Source: a virus
Taxonomy: Duplodnaviria > Heunggongvirae > Uroviricota > Caudoviricetes
Virus record (IMG/VR): IMGVR_UViG_2548876853_000021
Strand: one strand, 5' to 3'
Length of the DNA stretch: 37,364 nucleotides
Both the position numbers and the translations under genes were made by a program. Of this stretch, positions 18,699 to 27,959 are shown one piece after another (position 1 is the first letter of the stretch; every line of letters begins with the position of its first letter). A model generated the notes under the pieces. That model had not been told where the DNA came from. It worked only from the letters and a program-made list of their open reading frames with translations, and did no database searches.

Positions 18699-18902
18699 TC
18701 AGTCCCATAGCTGGACGGTCTGCACGGTGGTGGTGGTCGGAATGTCCGGCAGCTCCACCTGCAGCCCGTGAGGTAAAAAGGGGCCGTATTCGGCAAGCCC
18801 CGGATTTGCCTTCAGTACCTGCTCCGTGACACCCTGCGTGCGCCCGTAATGACGCCAGCAAAGCGCGTCCACCGTGTCATACTGATGCGCACGCACTTTC
18901 AT
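18699..18902 (-). CDS. X: tail protein X
   Basis: 67 aa; P2 gpX size and position. Confidence 0.8.
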   Translation of the reverse strand: MKVRAHQYDTVDALCWRHYGRTQGVTEQVLKANPGLAEYGPFLPHGLQVELPDIPTTTTVQTVQLWD

Positions 18903-19366
18903 CAGATAAGCTCCACTGTGCAGTGCGGCGCGTCCTGTACCCGGCTGATGGCCCAGCGGGCGTCACGCCATAAATCACCGCTGGCTTCCGCCAGTTCCTC
19001 GCCCCGCTTAACACCGGATGCCGTGGCGTCATAGTCCTGGTAACGTTCGTTGAGCATGGCGCGTGCCCAGCAGTAAACCGCGTTGAAATAGTGCTGAATA
19101 CGCTCACTTTTCCCATCCAGCTGTTCTGCCGGAACCTCTGCCAGCGAGGCATATCCCAGCATCTGCTGGCGTCTGCGAAACTCATACAGCTCTGCGTTGA
19201 CCTCCGAAATTGCCGACAGGGCAACCTGTTTTAAACGCGGCTGCGTCACCGTGCCGTCAGTGCGCATCACGCTGCGAAACTCCGACAGGTCCACATTAGG
19301 CCAGAACGGCGTATTCCTGATGATTTCCGCCTGTTCCGGTGCCTGTTCTGGCGCAACAAACTTCAT
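18902..19366 (-). CDS. L: capsid completion protein L
   Basis: ATG with AGGAGA Shine-Dalgarno (154 aa); an alternative GTG start at 19429 would give 175 aa. Confidence 0.75.
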   Translation of the reverse strand: MKFVAPEQAPEQAEIIRNTPFWPNVDLSEFRSVMRTDGTVTQPRLKQVALSAISEVNAELYEFRRRQQMLGYASLAEVPAEQLDGKSERIQHYFNAVYCWARAMLNERYQDYDATASGVKRGEELAEASGDLWRDARWAISRVQDAPHCTVELI

Positions 19367-19461
19367 GCTGCTTTCTCCTGAAATAGAGGGCGGTGGACGG
19401 GGCTTTGATGTGGCAGTGCCTTTCGCCACCCCGTGCCGCCCGTGCGCGGGGGCACGTTCTG

Positions 19462-20112
19462 TCAGCGGCTGTCATTGCGCAGTCTGCGCTCCAGCTGCTG
19501 TTTGTCTTTTTTCACGCCACAGCGGGGATCGAGCTGTAACGCATGGTTGAGATGATTAAGGGCGGAAGCCGGGTTGCTTTCACTCAGGACAGCGCCAATC
19601 GCTTTATGCAGACGCGCCCGTGACTGGTCCGGCATATCCAGACCGTCTGTCAGCTCCAGCGTCTGCAGCAACAGATCGGCATCAAAGCCGGTGGCGGCAA
19701 GCATTGCGCTCTGCGCCGCATCTGCCATTTCCTCTGCCAGCACGGTCTGCACGTTGCGGTTACCCAGCGGCATCACCCAGCCATGACGCAGGGCATGACG
19801 CCCGATCTCCAGCGCCCCGGCATAATCTCCGGCATCAATGCGCCACAGCATCACGTACATCAGCACGTCATCCTGTTGAGTGCCTCCGGCAGCCAGGACG
19901 CCCTCTGCCCAGGCGGCGTACTTCGGCAGCAGCTCCACCTTTATTTCCGCTTTTTTCACCGTGGACTGAACGCCCTTGAGACGGCGGCGGTCTTCCGCCA
20001 GTTGCAGCAGCATCAGGTCATAGCCCGACGCATGGCGAACACTGCCGCCCTCACGGGCGGCCTGTTCAGCCTGAACGCGCAGGCGATGCTGCCGTGCGGG
20101 ACTCAGGCTCAT
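19462..20112 (-). CDS. M: terminase endonuclease (small) subunit M
   Basis: 216 aa; P2 gpM position between N and L. Confidence 0.8.
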   Translation of the reverse strand: MSLSPARQHRLRVQAEQAAREGGSVRHASGYDLMLLQLAEDRRRLKGVQSTVKKAEIKVELLPKYAAWAEGVLAAGGTQQDDVLMYVMLWRIDAGDYAGALEIGRHALRHGWVMPLGNRNVQTVLAEEMADAAQSAMLAATGFDADLLLQTLELTDGLDMPDQSRARLHKAIGAVLSESNPASALNHLNHALQLDPRCGVKKDKQQLERRLRNDSR

Positions 20113-20115
20113 GAA

Positions 20116-21174
20116 TTACGCTCCGATTTCTGCTGCGGCGGCGCTGAAGTCGCCAATCTGGATGTTTTCCACCAGTGCGGCGCAGCGGTAGTCCTCAACC
20201 ACATAGGCTTCGTTAACGGATTCAAAATTTTCAATCCGGTCACGTTTCGGGTTGTCGATAACTGAACGGCGGCGGGTGTCTTCCTGCCAGTAGATGGACA
20301 GGTTATCCAGACGGGTGATTAGCAGCGCATTCGGCGGGAAGAACGGCGCACGCACGGCCTGCAGGCCACCCATGCGTTTCTGACTGATGATCATATCGGC
20401 AGCGAGTTTTTCACTGTTTTCCTGCTCTTTGTTGACCAGCGGGAAATACTTGTCAGACAGCAGTTCACGACCGCAAATCACCACCAGATCGTCATCGTCC
20501 TGGTAAACCACGTCGATAAGCTCATTGACGGCATCCATCACCACAGCGTCCAGGTTGGCATATTCGCCACCTTTCCCGACTTTCACCGCACCCGGAGTGG
20601 TTTCACCGCCCGTGGTGGTGCTGCCCATAACGTGATCCGGTGCATCTTCACGGATTTTCTGCAACCAGCCTTTGTTCACATCCTGCAGCAGCGGGTTTTC
20701 GCTGCGGTTGGAGTTTTTCGCACGCTTCACGCCGTTAAAGCCGATCATGATGCGATCCAGTGCCTGACGTTTCACGATGGCGTTACGGATACGCACCTGG
20801 AAATCCTGAAACTTCGCCCACAGGTCCAGCTTCGCGTAGGTCAGCACGGTGTCAAAGTTGGTCTGTTCGCATTTGTATTCCACATCGACCATCAGCGTCG
20901 GATCGACAGGTTCACGCTCTTTCGCGGTGGTGTCAGTGGTTCCGGCAATGGTGCTGCCAACACCCAGCCCCAGCAGCTGACCGGACTGCTCAGTCACTGG
21001 CGTGACGTTAATCAGCGTCAGGAAAGCGGCGGACTGCTGGATCTGGTCTTCCAGCGTCTGCTGCACAGACGGCTCTACAGTGAACTTGCTGGACAGTTCT
21101 TCAACTGCCACACCGTTCAGACGCGCCAGCTGCTGCAGGTAAGCGTTAAAAGCAAAGCGGGTATTCTTCTTCAT
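20116..21174 (-). CDS. N: major capsid protein N
   Basis: 352 aa; P2 gpN size and position. Confidence 0.9.
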   Translation of the reverse strand: MKKNTRFAFNAYLQQLARLNGVAVEELSSKFTVEPSVQQTLEDQIQQSAAFLTLINVTPVTEQSGQLLGLGVGSTIAGTTDTTAKEREPVDPTLMVDVEYKCEQTNFDTVLTYAKLDLWAKFQDFQVRIRNAIVKRQALDRIMIGFNGVKRAKNSNRSENPLLQDVNKGWLQKIREDAPDHVMGSTTTGGETTPGAVKVGKGGEYANLDAVVMDAVNELIDVVYQDDDDLVVICGRELLSDKYFPLVNKEQENSEKLAADMIISQKRMGGLQAVRAPFFPPNALLITRLDNLSIYWQEDTRRRSVIDNPKRDRIENFESVNEAYVVEDYRCAALVENIQIGDFSAAAAEIGA

Positions 21175-21190
21175 CGGGTTTTGTGCTCCA

Positions 21191-22024
21191 TCAGCAATTG
21201 GTCAGAGTTTCAGCGGGGGCGTTACCGCCTGTTGCACGCTGGCGGTAGTCCTGGCGGCTGTCTTCATGACTCAGCTTGTCCACCAGTTCGTTAAAGGCGG
21301 TTTGCTGTGCCTGCAGGGCAGTCTCCAGCTCAGACAGGCGTTCTTCCTGCTCAGACAGGGATTTTTCGGTGCGTGCGCTCAGGTTCTGCTGCTCAGTGGC
21401 GACCAGCTCCACGGCCTTATGCACATCAGAGAACCGGGCGTCATCGGACTGCTCTTTTTTGGTAAACAGCGCCGTGACGCGGGCAAACAGGGACGGTTTG
21501 TCGTCCTGGATTTCTTCCAGTTCGATCACCGTTTCCTCTGCAGCGGTAAAGAGATTGGCAGGATTCTGCTTGCGGTTTGCCAGCGGGTTATGGGCTGCAC
21601 TGGCGCTGAATGTCAGCATTTCAGTGCCCAGACTGGCGGGATCATCAGTGGCGGCCAGGCCAACCAGGTAGGCTTTGCCCGTATCAGCGAACTTCGGGCT
21701 GACTTCCATAGAGGTGAATAATTTCTGGCCTTTTTTCACCAGTTCCACCAAGGACTCCGTTGGCTCAACGTCGGCATACAATGCCATCTTGCCTGCCAGC
21801 GGACCTTCCGTGATTTCTTCAGCAAACAGCGCCGTCACCTTGCCGTAGCGGTTAAAGGTGCTGTCCGGCAGATAAGACTTGATGTGCTCAAGGTTAATCA
21901 GCGCGGTGTACACCGTCGGGTTGTAGCTGGCTGCCATCTGTTCCAGCCATTCACGCTGGATTTCGCGTCCGTCGGTGGTGGCACCTTCCACCCCGATGCG
22001 AAAACGCTTTGCTTTCACTGTCAT
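21191..22024 (-). CDS. O: capsid scaffold protein O
   Basis: 277 aa; acidic coiled-coil protein; P2 gpO position, divergent from P. Confidence 0.85.
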   Translation of the reverse strand: MTVKAKRFRIGVEGATTDGREIQREWLEQMAASYNPTVYTALINLEHIKSYLPDSTFNRYGKVTALFAEEITEGPLAGKMALYADVEPTESLVELVKKGQKLFTSMEVSPKFADTGKAYLVGLAATDDPASLGTEMLTFSASAAHNPLANRKQNPANLFTAAEETVIELEEIQDDKPSLFARVTALFTKKEQSDDARFSDVHKAVELVATEQQNLSARTEKSLSEQEERLSELETALQAQQTAFNELVDKLSHEDSRQDYRQRATGGNAPAETLTNC

Positions 22025-22102
22025 GAGCCGTGCTCCGTTATAAAAAACTTACTGGAGCCTTATGGTTGCGGTGATGGGGGCAGTGAAACAATGCGCGGTA
22101 TT

Positions 22103-22120
22103 TGTACCGACAACCACACA
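22103..22120. promoter_or_regulatory. putative Ogr-dependent late promoter element in the divergent O/P control region (TGT-N12-ACA)
   Basis: TGTaccgacaaccacACA centred about 87 bp upstream of the O start and 55 bp upstream of the P start. Confidence 0.4.
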
Positions 22121-22166
22121 AACCACAGGCGGGGAAAGCCTTCATTCAAGGTTGTAGGTTTGTGCC

Positions 22167-23933
22167 ATGAACACCACACTGACACCCGCAGATCTCGATC
22201 CCCGTCGGCAGGCCATGCTGCTGTACTTTCAGGGATACCGCGTAGCCCGCATTGCTGAAATGCTGGGCGAGAAAGTTGCAACCGTTCACAGCTGGAAAAA
22301 ACGCGACAAGTGGGGTGACTATGGGCCGCTGGATCAGATGCAGCTCACCACCGCCGCACGCTACTGCCAGCTCATCATGAAGGAGCACAAAGAAGGGAAA
22401 GATTTCAAAGAGATTGACCTGCTGGCGCGCCAGTCGGAGCGCCACGCGCGGATCGGCAAGTTTAACAATGGCGGCAACGAAGCCGACTTAAACCCTAACG
22501 TCGCCAACCGCAATAAAGGCCCACGCCGTCAGCCGGAAAAGAATGTTTTCACCGATGAGCAGATTGAGAAGCTGGAAGAAATCTTCCATTCCTCCATGTT
22601 CAACTACCAGCGCCACTGGTGGGAAGCCGGAAAAACCAACCGCATCCGCAACCTGCTGAAGTCACGCCAGATCGGCGCGACCTTTTACTTTGCCCGTGAA
22701 GCCCTGATTGACGCCCTGCTTACCGGACGTAACCAGATTTTCCTTTCCGCCAGCAAGGCACAGGCCCACGTCTTTAAGCAGTACATCATCGACTTCGCCA
22801 AAGAAGTGGGGGTGGAGTTGAAAGGCGATCCGATGGTGCTTCCTAACGGGGCCACGCTTTACTTCCTCGGCACCAATGCCCGCACGGCCCAGAGTTATCA
22901 CGGCAACCTGTATCTGGATGAATATTTCTGGATACCGAAATTCCAGGAGCTGCGCAAAGTGGCTTCCGGTATGGCTATTCACAAAAAATGGCGACAAACC
23001 TATTTTTCCACGCCATCCAGCCTGACACACAGTGCTTATCCGTTCTGGTCCGGTGCGCTGTTCAACCGTGGGCGCAACAAAGCCGATAAGGTGGACATCG
23101 ACCTGTCCCACAACAATCTGGCCCCCGGCCTGCTGTGCGCAGACGGGCAATACCGCCAGATAGTCACCGTGGAAGATGCGGTGCGCGGCGGCTGTAACCT
23201 GTTCGACCTCGACCAGTTGCGCATGGAGTACAGCCCGGACGAATACCAGAACCTGCTGATGTGTGAGTTCGTAGACGATCTCGCGTCCGTGTTCCCGCTC
23301 AGCGAGCTGCAGGCGTGCATGGTGGACAGCTGGGAAGTCTGGACCGACTTTCATGCACTGGCCCTGCGCCCGTTTGGCTGGCGCGAGGTGTGGATCGGTT
23401 ATGACCCGGCAAAAGGTACGCAGAACGGCGACAGTGCCGGATGCGTTGTGGTGGCTCCGCCAGCCGTGCCGGGCGGTAAGTTCCGCATTCTTGAGCGTCA
23501 CCAGTGGCGCGGGATGGACTTCCGCGCCCAGGCGGACGCCATCAAAAAACTGACCGAACAGTACAACGTGACCTATATCGGCATCGACTCGACCGGCGTC
23601 GGTCACGGGGTTTATGAGAACGTGAAAGCGTTCTTTCCTGCCGTCCGGGAGTTTGTCTACAACACCAACGTTAAAAACGCGCTGGTACTCAAGGCCTACG
23701 ACATTATCAGCCACCACCGTCTGGAGTTTGACGCCGGGCACACCGACATTGCGCAATCATTTATGGCAATCCGTCGCGCCACCACCGCCAGCGGCAACCG
23801 CCCGACCTATGAAGCCAGCCGCAGCGAAGAAGCCAGCCACGCCGATCTGGCCTGGGCAACAATGCACGCACTGTTTAACGAACCACTGCAGGGCGAGTCC
23901 GCCAATACAAGTAATATTGTGGAGATTTTTTGA
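22167..23933 (+). CDS. P: terminase large (ATPase) subunit P
   Basis: 588 aa; P2 gpP size and position. Confidence 0.9.
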   Translation: MNTTLTPADLDPRRQAMLLYFQGYRVARIAEMLGEKVATVHSWKKRDKWGDYGPLDQMQLTTAARYCQLIMKEHKEGKDFKEIDLLARQSERHARIGKFNNGGNEADLNPNVANRNKGPRRQPEKNVFTDEQIEKLEEIFHSSMFNYQRHWWEAGKTNRIRNLLKSRQIGATFYFAREALIDALLTGRNQIFLSASKAQAHVFKQYIIDFAKEVGVELKGDPMVLPNGATLYFLGTNARTAQSYHGNLYLDEYFWIPKFQELRKVASGMAIHKKWRQTYFSTPSSLTHSAYPFWSGALFNRGRNKADKVDIDLSHNNLAPGLLCADGQYRQIVTVEDAVRGGCNLFDLDQLRMEYSPDEYQNLLMCEFVDDLASVFPLSELQACMVDSWEVWTDFHALALRPFGWREVWIGYDPAKGTQNGDSAGCVVVAPPAVPGGKFRILERHQWRGMDFRAQADAIKKLTEQYNVTYIGIDSTGVGHGVYENVKAFFPAVREFVYNTNVKNALVLKAYDIISHHRLEFDAGHTDIAQSFMAIRRATTASGNRPTYEASRSEEASHADLAWATMHALFNEPLQGESANTSNIVEIF

Positions 23934-24961
23934 TGGGAAAGAGTAAGAAGAACCGCGCTGCGTCGCAGAACCAGATCCAGCATAAAAGCCAGACTTCAGC
24001 CGAAGCATTCAGCTTCGGCGATCCCATTCCAGTACTGGACCGCCGCGAACTGCTGGACTATGTGGAATGCGTACAGACAGATCGCTGGTATGAGCCGCCA
24101 GTGAGTTTTGACGGACTTGCGCGAACCTTCCGCGCTGCCGTGCATCACAGCTCACCGATTGCAGTAAAGTGCAATATTCTGACCAGCACCTATATCCCTC
24201 ATCCGTTGCTCAGCCCGCAGGCGTTTTCACGTTTTGTGCAGGACTATCTGGTATTTGGTAACGCCTACCTGGAAAAACGCACGAACCGCTTCGGTGAAGT
24301 TATCGCCCTTGAACCTGCCCTGGCAAAATACACCCGACGCGGGTTAGACCTGGATACCTACTGGTTTGTGCAATACGGCATGACCACGCAACCGTATCAG
24401 TTCACGAAAGGCAGCATTTTTCATCTGATGGAACCGGACATCAACCAGGAGATCTACGGCCTGCCCGGTTATCTTTCTGCCATTCCGTCAGCCCTGCTCA
24501 ACGAATCCGCCACGCTGTTCCGCCGCAAGTATTACATTAACGGTAGTCATGCAGGCTTCATCATGTACATGACCGATGCCGCGCAGAACCAGGAGGATGT
24601 GAACAACCTCCGCAACGCGATGAAAAGCGCCAAAGGTCCAGGCAACTTCCGCAACCTGTTTATGTACTCACCTAACGGCAAAAAAGACGGGCTTCAGATC
24701 ATCCCATTGTCAGAAGTCGCGGCGAAGGATGAATTTCTTAACATCAAGAACGTGAGTCGGGATGACATGATGGCAGCGCACCGCGTGCCGCCGCAAATGA
24801 TGGGGATTATGCCGAATAATGTTGGGGGGTTTGGGGATGTGGAGAAGGCGAGCTTGGTCTTTGTTCGTAATGAACTGATTCCTTTACAAAAAAGACTGAT
24901 GGAAGTAAATGTCTGGCTCAATGAAGAAGTGATTGTATTCAATAGATACATTTTAGAGTAA
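23930..24961 (+). CDS. Q: portal protein Q
   Basis: 343 aa; P2 gpQ size; 4-nt overlap with P. Confidence 0.9.
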   Translation: MMGKSKKNRAASQNQIQHKSQTSAEAFSFGDPIPVLDRRELLDYVECVQTDRWYEPPVSFDGLARTFRAAVHHSSPIAVKCNILTSTYIPHPLLSPQAFSRFVQDYLVFGNAYLEKRTNRFGEVIALEPALAKYTRRGLDLDTYWFVQYGMTTQPYQFTKGSIFHLMEPDINQEIYGLPGYLSAIPSALLNESATLFRRKYYINGSHAGFIMYMTDAAQNQEDVNNLRNAMKSAKGPGNFRNLFMYSPNGKKDGLQIIPLSEVAAKDEFLNIKNVSRDDMMAAHRVPPQMMGIMPNNVGGFGDVEKASLVFVRNELIPLQKRLMEVNVWLNEEVIVFNRYILE

Positions 24962-24967
24962 AAAAAT

Positions 24968-24985
24968 GGGCACCATGAGGTGCCC
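24968..24985. terminator. hairpin between convergent Q and the 474-aa NTPase gene; terminator for the minus-strand gene
   Basis: gggcacc-atga-ggtgccc; on the minus strand it is followed by TTTTTT. Confidence 0.55.
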
Positions 24986-24991
24986 AAGTTG

Positions 24992-26416
24992 TTACTTACG
25001 TGTTTCAACTATATTCAGCCCCTTATAAAGGCTTTGATGGATATATACAGAACCAGTATTTGGCAACATTAAATCAGCATCTTCACATCGGAATCTAGCC
25101 GTACCGGAATTGCCCAACCGGACACCAATCACAGAAGCATTAAATAGAGTTTTCATCAATTCACGAGAAGTATAGCGCTTACAAAGGTCAGGCGCTTTCT
25201 CTTCAATCTTACTGATGAATTCTTCTGTAGAATTATATCTATGCTGCGTCTGACGTAAAGATTCCAATAGCTCACCAAAATGAGGGTAGAGCCTTTTGTA
25301 TTCTTGTTTTAAGTCCTCAACTTTCCAAGCGCTGTACCGTTCTTCAGCTATTCTAATTATATCCTTTTTTATTTCAGAAGCATTAGCATCACAGCGTTTT
25401 TGGCATTCTTGCAAAAACTGAATAACTTCTCTTGGGCGCAAAAATGTGCGCTTCACCAAATAGTTAAACGGTGAAATACTCCCTCTCATTTCACCTTCCT
25501 CAAAAATATCATCTATAGTTATATTTTCCGGCAATCTGGCGTTCACCATATCTTTCAACAACTCTGGTGTCCAGATTATTTCTTCTTCAATTGCCCGGTG
25601 TTTATCTTTATCATCAAATTCCAGCCCTTGATAAATATCAGAGCGTAAAAATGTTACAATATGAATACCTTTGGCTCTAGTATCAGAATAACTATCATTA
25701 ATATCTTTTGTTGCCTTCAACAAGCCAATCAAAAGGCTTTTGGCATCATCCGATCCATCCCAAGAATCATCTAATCGATCAGTGGCAATTAGCACCCCAA
25801 TATCAGTACAAATTTCTTTAAGCTCGTCAAGGATGATTTTTATTATTTGAGGTGTCAATGGTGCTTGCGAAGCATCCCTATTAAACCCCACAGCATATCC
25901 GAAAGCCTCAAAATTGAATGAACTTAATCCCGAGAGTAACTTCCTTGCAGTTCCCAAAGTAGTTGGCGATATACCACCATAGTTATCAAAAACAAATTTT
26001 TTAATTCTAGCAAGGGCCTCCTGAGGTCTTTTCTCTGAAAATTGCCTACCTGACCTAATAATTTCTGCCGCAGCCTCAACAGCTATTGCAAATTTCCAAG
26101 CATTACAATGTGCCTGTTCGGGTAACAACCCTTGCTCTTGATATTGTTTTAATGCTCCCCAAGCATACTGGTCTGGGGTCATGACATTTACGATAACGTC
26201 CTGCCCATATTTTGCTCTTACCAACCTTGGGAGTTGGGTAAAGATGGATGATTTCCCAGCCCCCTTTCTTCCAAGAAAATGGGCACTATAGAAACTCAGA
26301 GCTTGCTCAACTTGAGGAGTATTGATGAAATAATCAGCCAACCTTCTATCAGCTTCAGCATCGACAGTACCAAAGTTGAGTCCCTTAACTGTAAGGCCTA
26401 ACGCATCTAACCGCAC
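24992..26416 (-). CDS. P-loop NTPase of unassigned family (accessory gene between portal and cos)
   Basis: 474 aa; Walker A GRKGAGKS (aa 49-56); Walker B-like IIKIILDE followed by DRLDD; GTG start with AAGGA Shine-Dalgarno; lower GC than flanking structural genes. Confidence 0.75.
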   Translation of the reverse strand: MRLDALGLTVKGLNFGTVDAEADRRLADYFINTPQVEQALSFYSAHFLGRKGAGKSSIFTQLPRLVRAKYGQDVIVNVMTPDQYAWGALKQYQEQGLLPEQAHCNAWKFAIAVEAAAEIIRSGRQFSEKRPQEALARIKKFVFDNYGGISPTTLGTARKLLSGLSSFNFEAFGYAVGFNRDASQAPLTPQIIKIILDELKEICTDIGVLIATDRLDDSWDGSDDAKSLLIGLLKATKDINDSYSDTRAKGIHIVTFLRSDIYQGLEFDDKDKHRAIEEEIIWTPELLKDMVNARLPENITIDDIFEEGEMRGSISPFNYLVKRTFLRPREVIQFLQECQKRCDANASEIKKDIIRIAEERYSAWKVEDLKQEYKRLYPHFGELLESLRQTQHRYNSTEEFISKIEEKAPDLCKRYTSRELMKTLFNASVIGVRLGNSGTARFRCEDADLMLPNTGSVYIHQSLYKGLNIVETRK

Positions 26417-26503
26417 GATAATTCCTTAATTGGTAAACTAAATTTGAACTTGATGCCAACAAAGATAATATCAATTTAATTAAAAAGAAAGCTGTTGCGC
26501 GCG

Positions 26504-26522
26504 CTCGTATCCCCGCCACGCC
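26504..26522. other. putative cos (cohesive end) site
   Basis: cgtatCCCCGCCACGCC resembles, as recalled from memory, the reverse complement of the 186/P2 19-nt cohesive end; lies in the only large non-coding stretch between Q and A. Confidence 0.45.
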
Positions 26523-26553
26523 TGCCCGCTTTATGTAGTAGTTTTCATGCACC

Positions 26554-26654
26554 TGCATGACATGAGCAAAAGCCCGCCAGTTCTGGCATGTCTTAGCCAA
26601 ACCGATCCTCAAACGATCATGCGAACTCATGCAGCATAGACATGCATGACATGA
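26554..26654. repeat. 12-bp direct repeat tgcatgacatga x2 (26554-26565 and 26643-26654) within a CATG-rich tract next to cos
   Basis: exact 12-mer repeated 89 bp apart. Confidence 0.5.
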
Positions 26655-26995
26655 AAATCGGTCAAACCTTGAAACCAGTCATAAATATGAGCCAGCTTAA
26701 TACACACTAAATAGCTGCGTCTAATACTGCTACACCTGCCGTTTACTGACATGTGGCATGTCGCGTAAGGACAACATACTGTAGGCCAGATACAGCAGGA
26801 TCAGGCGAAGAAAACGGCCCCACGCCTTACCCAGCAAGGGCCAAGGGCTAACCGAAAGTGGAGCATTATTCCGCGCAGTTATTTAGTGTCAGCTCTTTTG
26901 AGCTAAAATCAAGTTTCAACATGAGGGTCTGTGCAGGCTTTCTCATCCCGCTAATTTATACAGCACACCTATATGGCTATGAGTTTGTCATGCCC

Positions 26996-27027
26996 GCTAA
27001 TCCTGTTAGGATTAGCCTTGTTTTTTT
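26996..27027 (+). terminator. strong hairpin plus U-tract immediately upstream of the lipoprotein gene
   Basis: gctaatcct-gtt-aggattagc then cttgTTTTTTT; ends 18 nt before the ATG at 27045. Confidence 0.5.
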
Positions 27028-27044
27028 ACGATTGGGATAGGGAT

Positions 27045-27851
27045 ATGAAGAAATTAACTGGCGTAATTGCTTTTGCTCTGCTGCTTACTGCTTGTGACAA
27101 ACCGAAGATCGATGCATCAAGCGATCAGTCGATGAAAGAGTCCATTCAAAAAGTAAGAGAGTCCTTACCTGCAGATAAAAAAGCTCAGTTTGATGATGCA
27201 GTTAAAGTCGTTGCCTTTAGCCAAATCAACATGAGAGAGCTAATGCAGGCTGGAACGTCTTCTGGGGACGTCTACGAAACAAAAATTAAGTCAGCGTTGG
27301 AAGGTAAAACTGGTGATGAGGTTATAAATTACGCACAAACTATTCGCCTTGAGCGTGAGAAGAGAGAGAAAGAACAGGCTCTGCAAGAAATAAAAGAACT
27401 GGAAGCCAAACAAACCTCTGCAACACAGGCTGCGGAAAAAATGAAAGCCTTCAAGGTCGAACGTTCCCGTTTTTATTTCCAGAAAGAGGATTACGGCAAT
27501 GATCAGCCAATTCTGGATATTAGCGTTGAAAACGGAACAGACAAAGCGGTTGCCAGAGTATTCTTCAAAGGAGTTATTGCCAGCCCAGGAAGAAGCGTCC
27601 CTTGGTTCTCTGACGTCTTCAACTATAAAATTTCTGGAGGTCTGGAACCAGGTGAGAAAGCCAACTGGAAATTAGCCCCTAATAGATACTCTGATTGGGG
27701 AAAACTTAAAGTTCCGGCTGATGCTATATTTACCGTCACAGTCATTGGCCTTGAAGACGCAGATGGGAAATCGATCTATGGTGACGCCGAGTTTTCAGAA
27801 CGCGATGCTGACAGACTGAATCAACTTAGAGATAAGTACCTTTCTAAATAA
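27045..27851 (+). CDS. lipoprotein, function unknown (accessory)
   Basis: 268 aa from MKKLTGVIAFALLLTAC (lipobox LLTAC); charged coiled-coil middle region; about 40% GC. Confidence 0.7.
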   Translation: MKKLTGVIAFALLLTACDKPKIDASSDQSMKESIQKVRESLPADKKAQFDDAVKVVAFSQINMRELMQAGTSSGDVYETKIKSALEGKTGDEVINYAQTIRLEREKREKEQALQEIKELEAKQTSATQAAEKMKAFKVERSRFYFQKEDYGNDQPILDISVENGTDKAVARVFFKGVIASPGRSVPWFSDVFNYKISGGLEPGEKANWKLAPNRYSDWGKLKVPADAIFTVTVIGLEDADGKSIYGDAEFSERDADRLNQLRDKYLSK

Positions 27852-27959
27852 TCAAAATTAAAGCTACTTCAGCATAGTCCCTGAGAATATATATCAGGGA
27901 CTACCAAATCACGGCAGATACCCCTTAGTTAAATAATGCTAAACGCTTAGAAAGAGACC

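Noticed and set aside
22161-22178. Third TGT-N12-ACA match (TGTgccatgaacaccACA)
   Set aside because: It overlaps the P start codon and so cannot sit at -55 of a P promoter; a dyad this simple is expected about once per 4 kb by chance.
24992-26416. Identifying the 474-aa NTPase as P2 Old (or Tin)
   Set aside because: It is about 110 aa shorter than Old as I recall it, sits on the Q side of cos rather than next to A, and I could not recognise a TOPRIM-like C-terminal motif. Left as an unassigned P-loop NTPase.
26385-26630. 81-aa minus-strand ORF spanning the putative cos, and the 60-aa plus-strand ORF at 26858-27040
   Set aside because: Both overlap regulatory motifs (cos-like sequence, hairpin terminator), lack ribosome-binding sites and have implausible composition; more likely non-coding.
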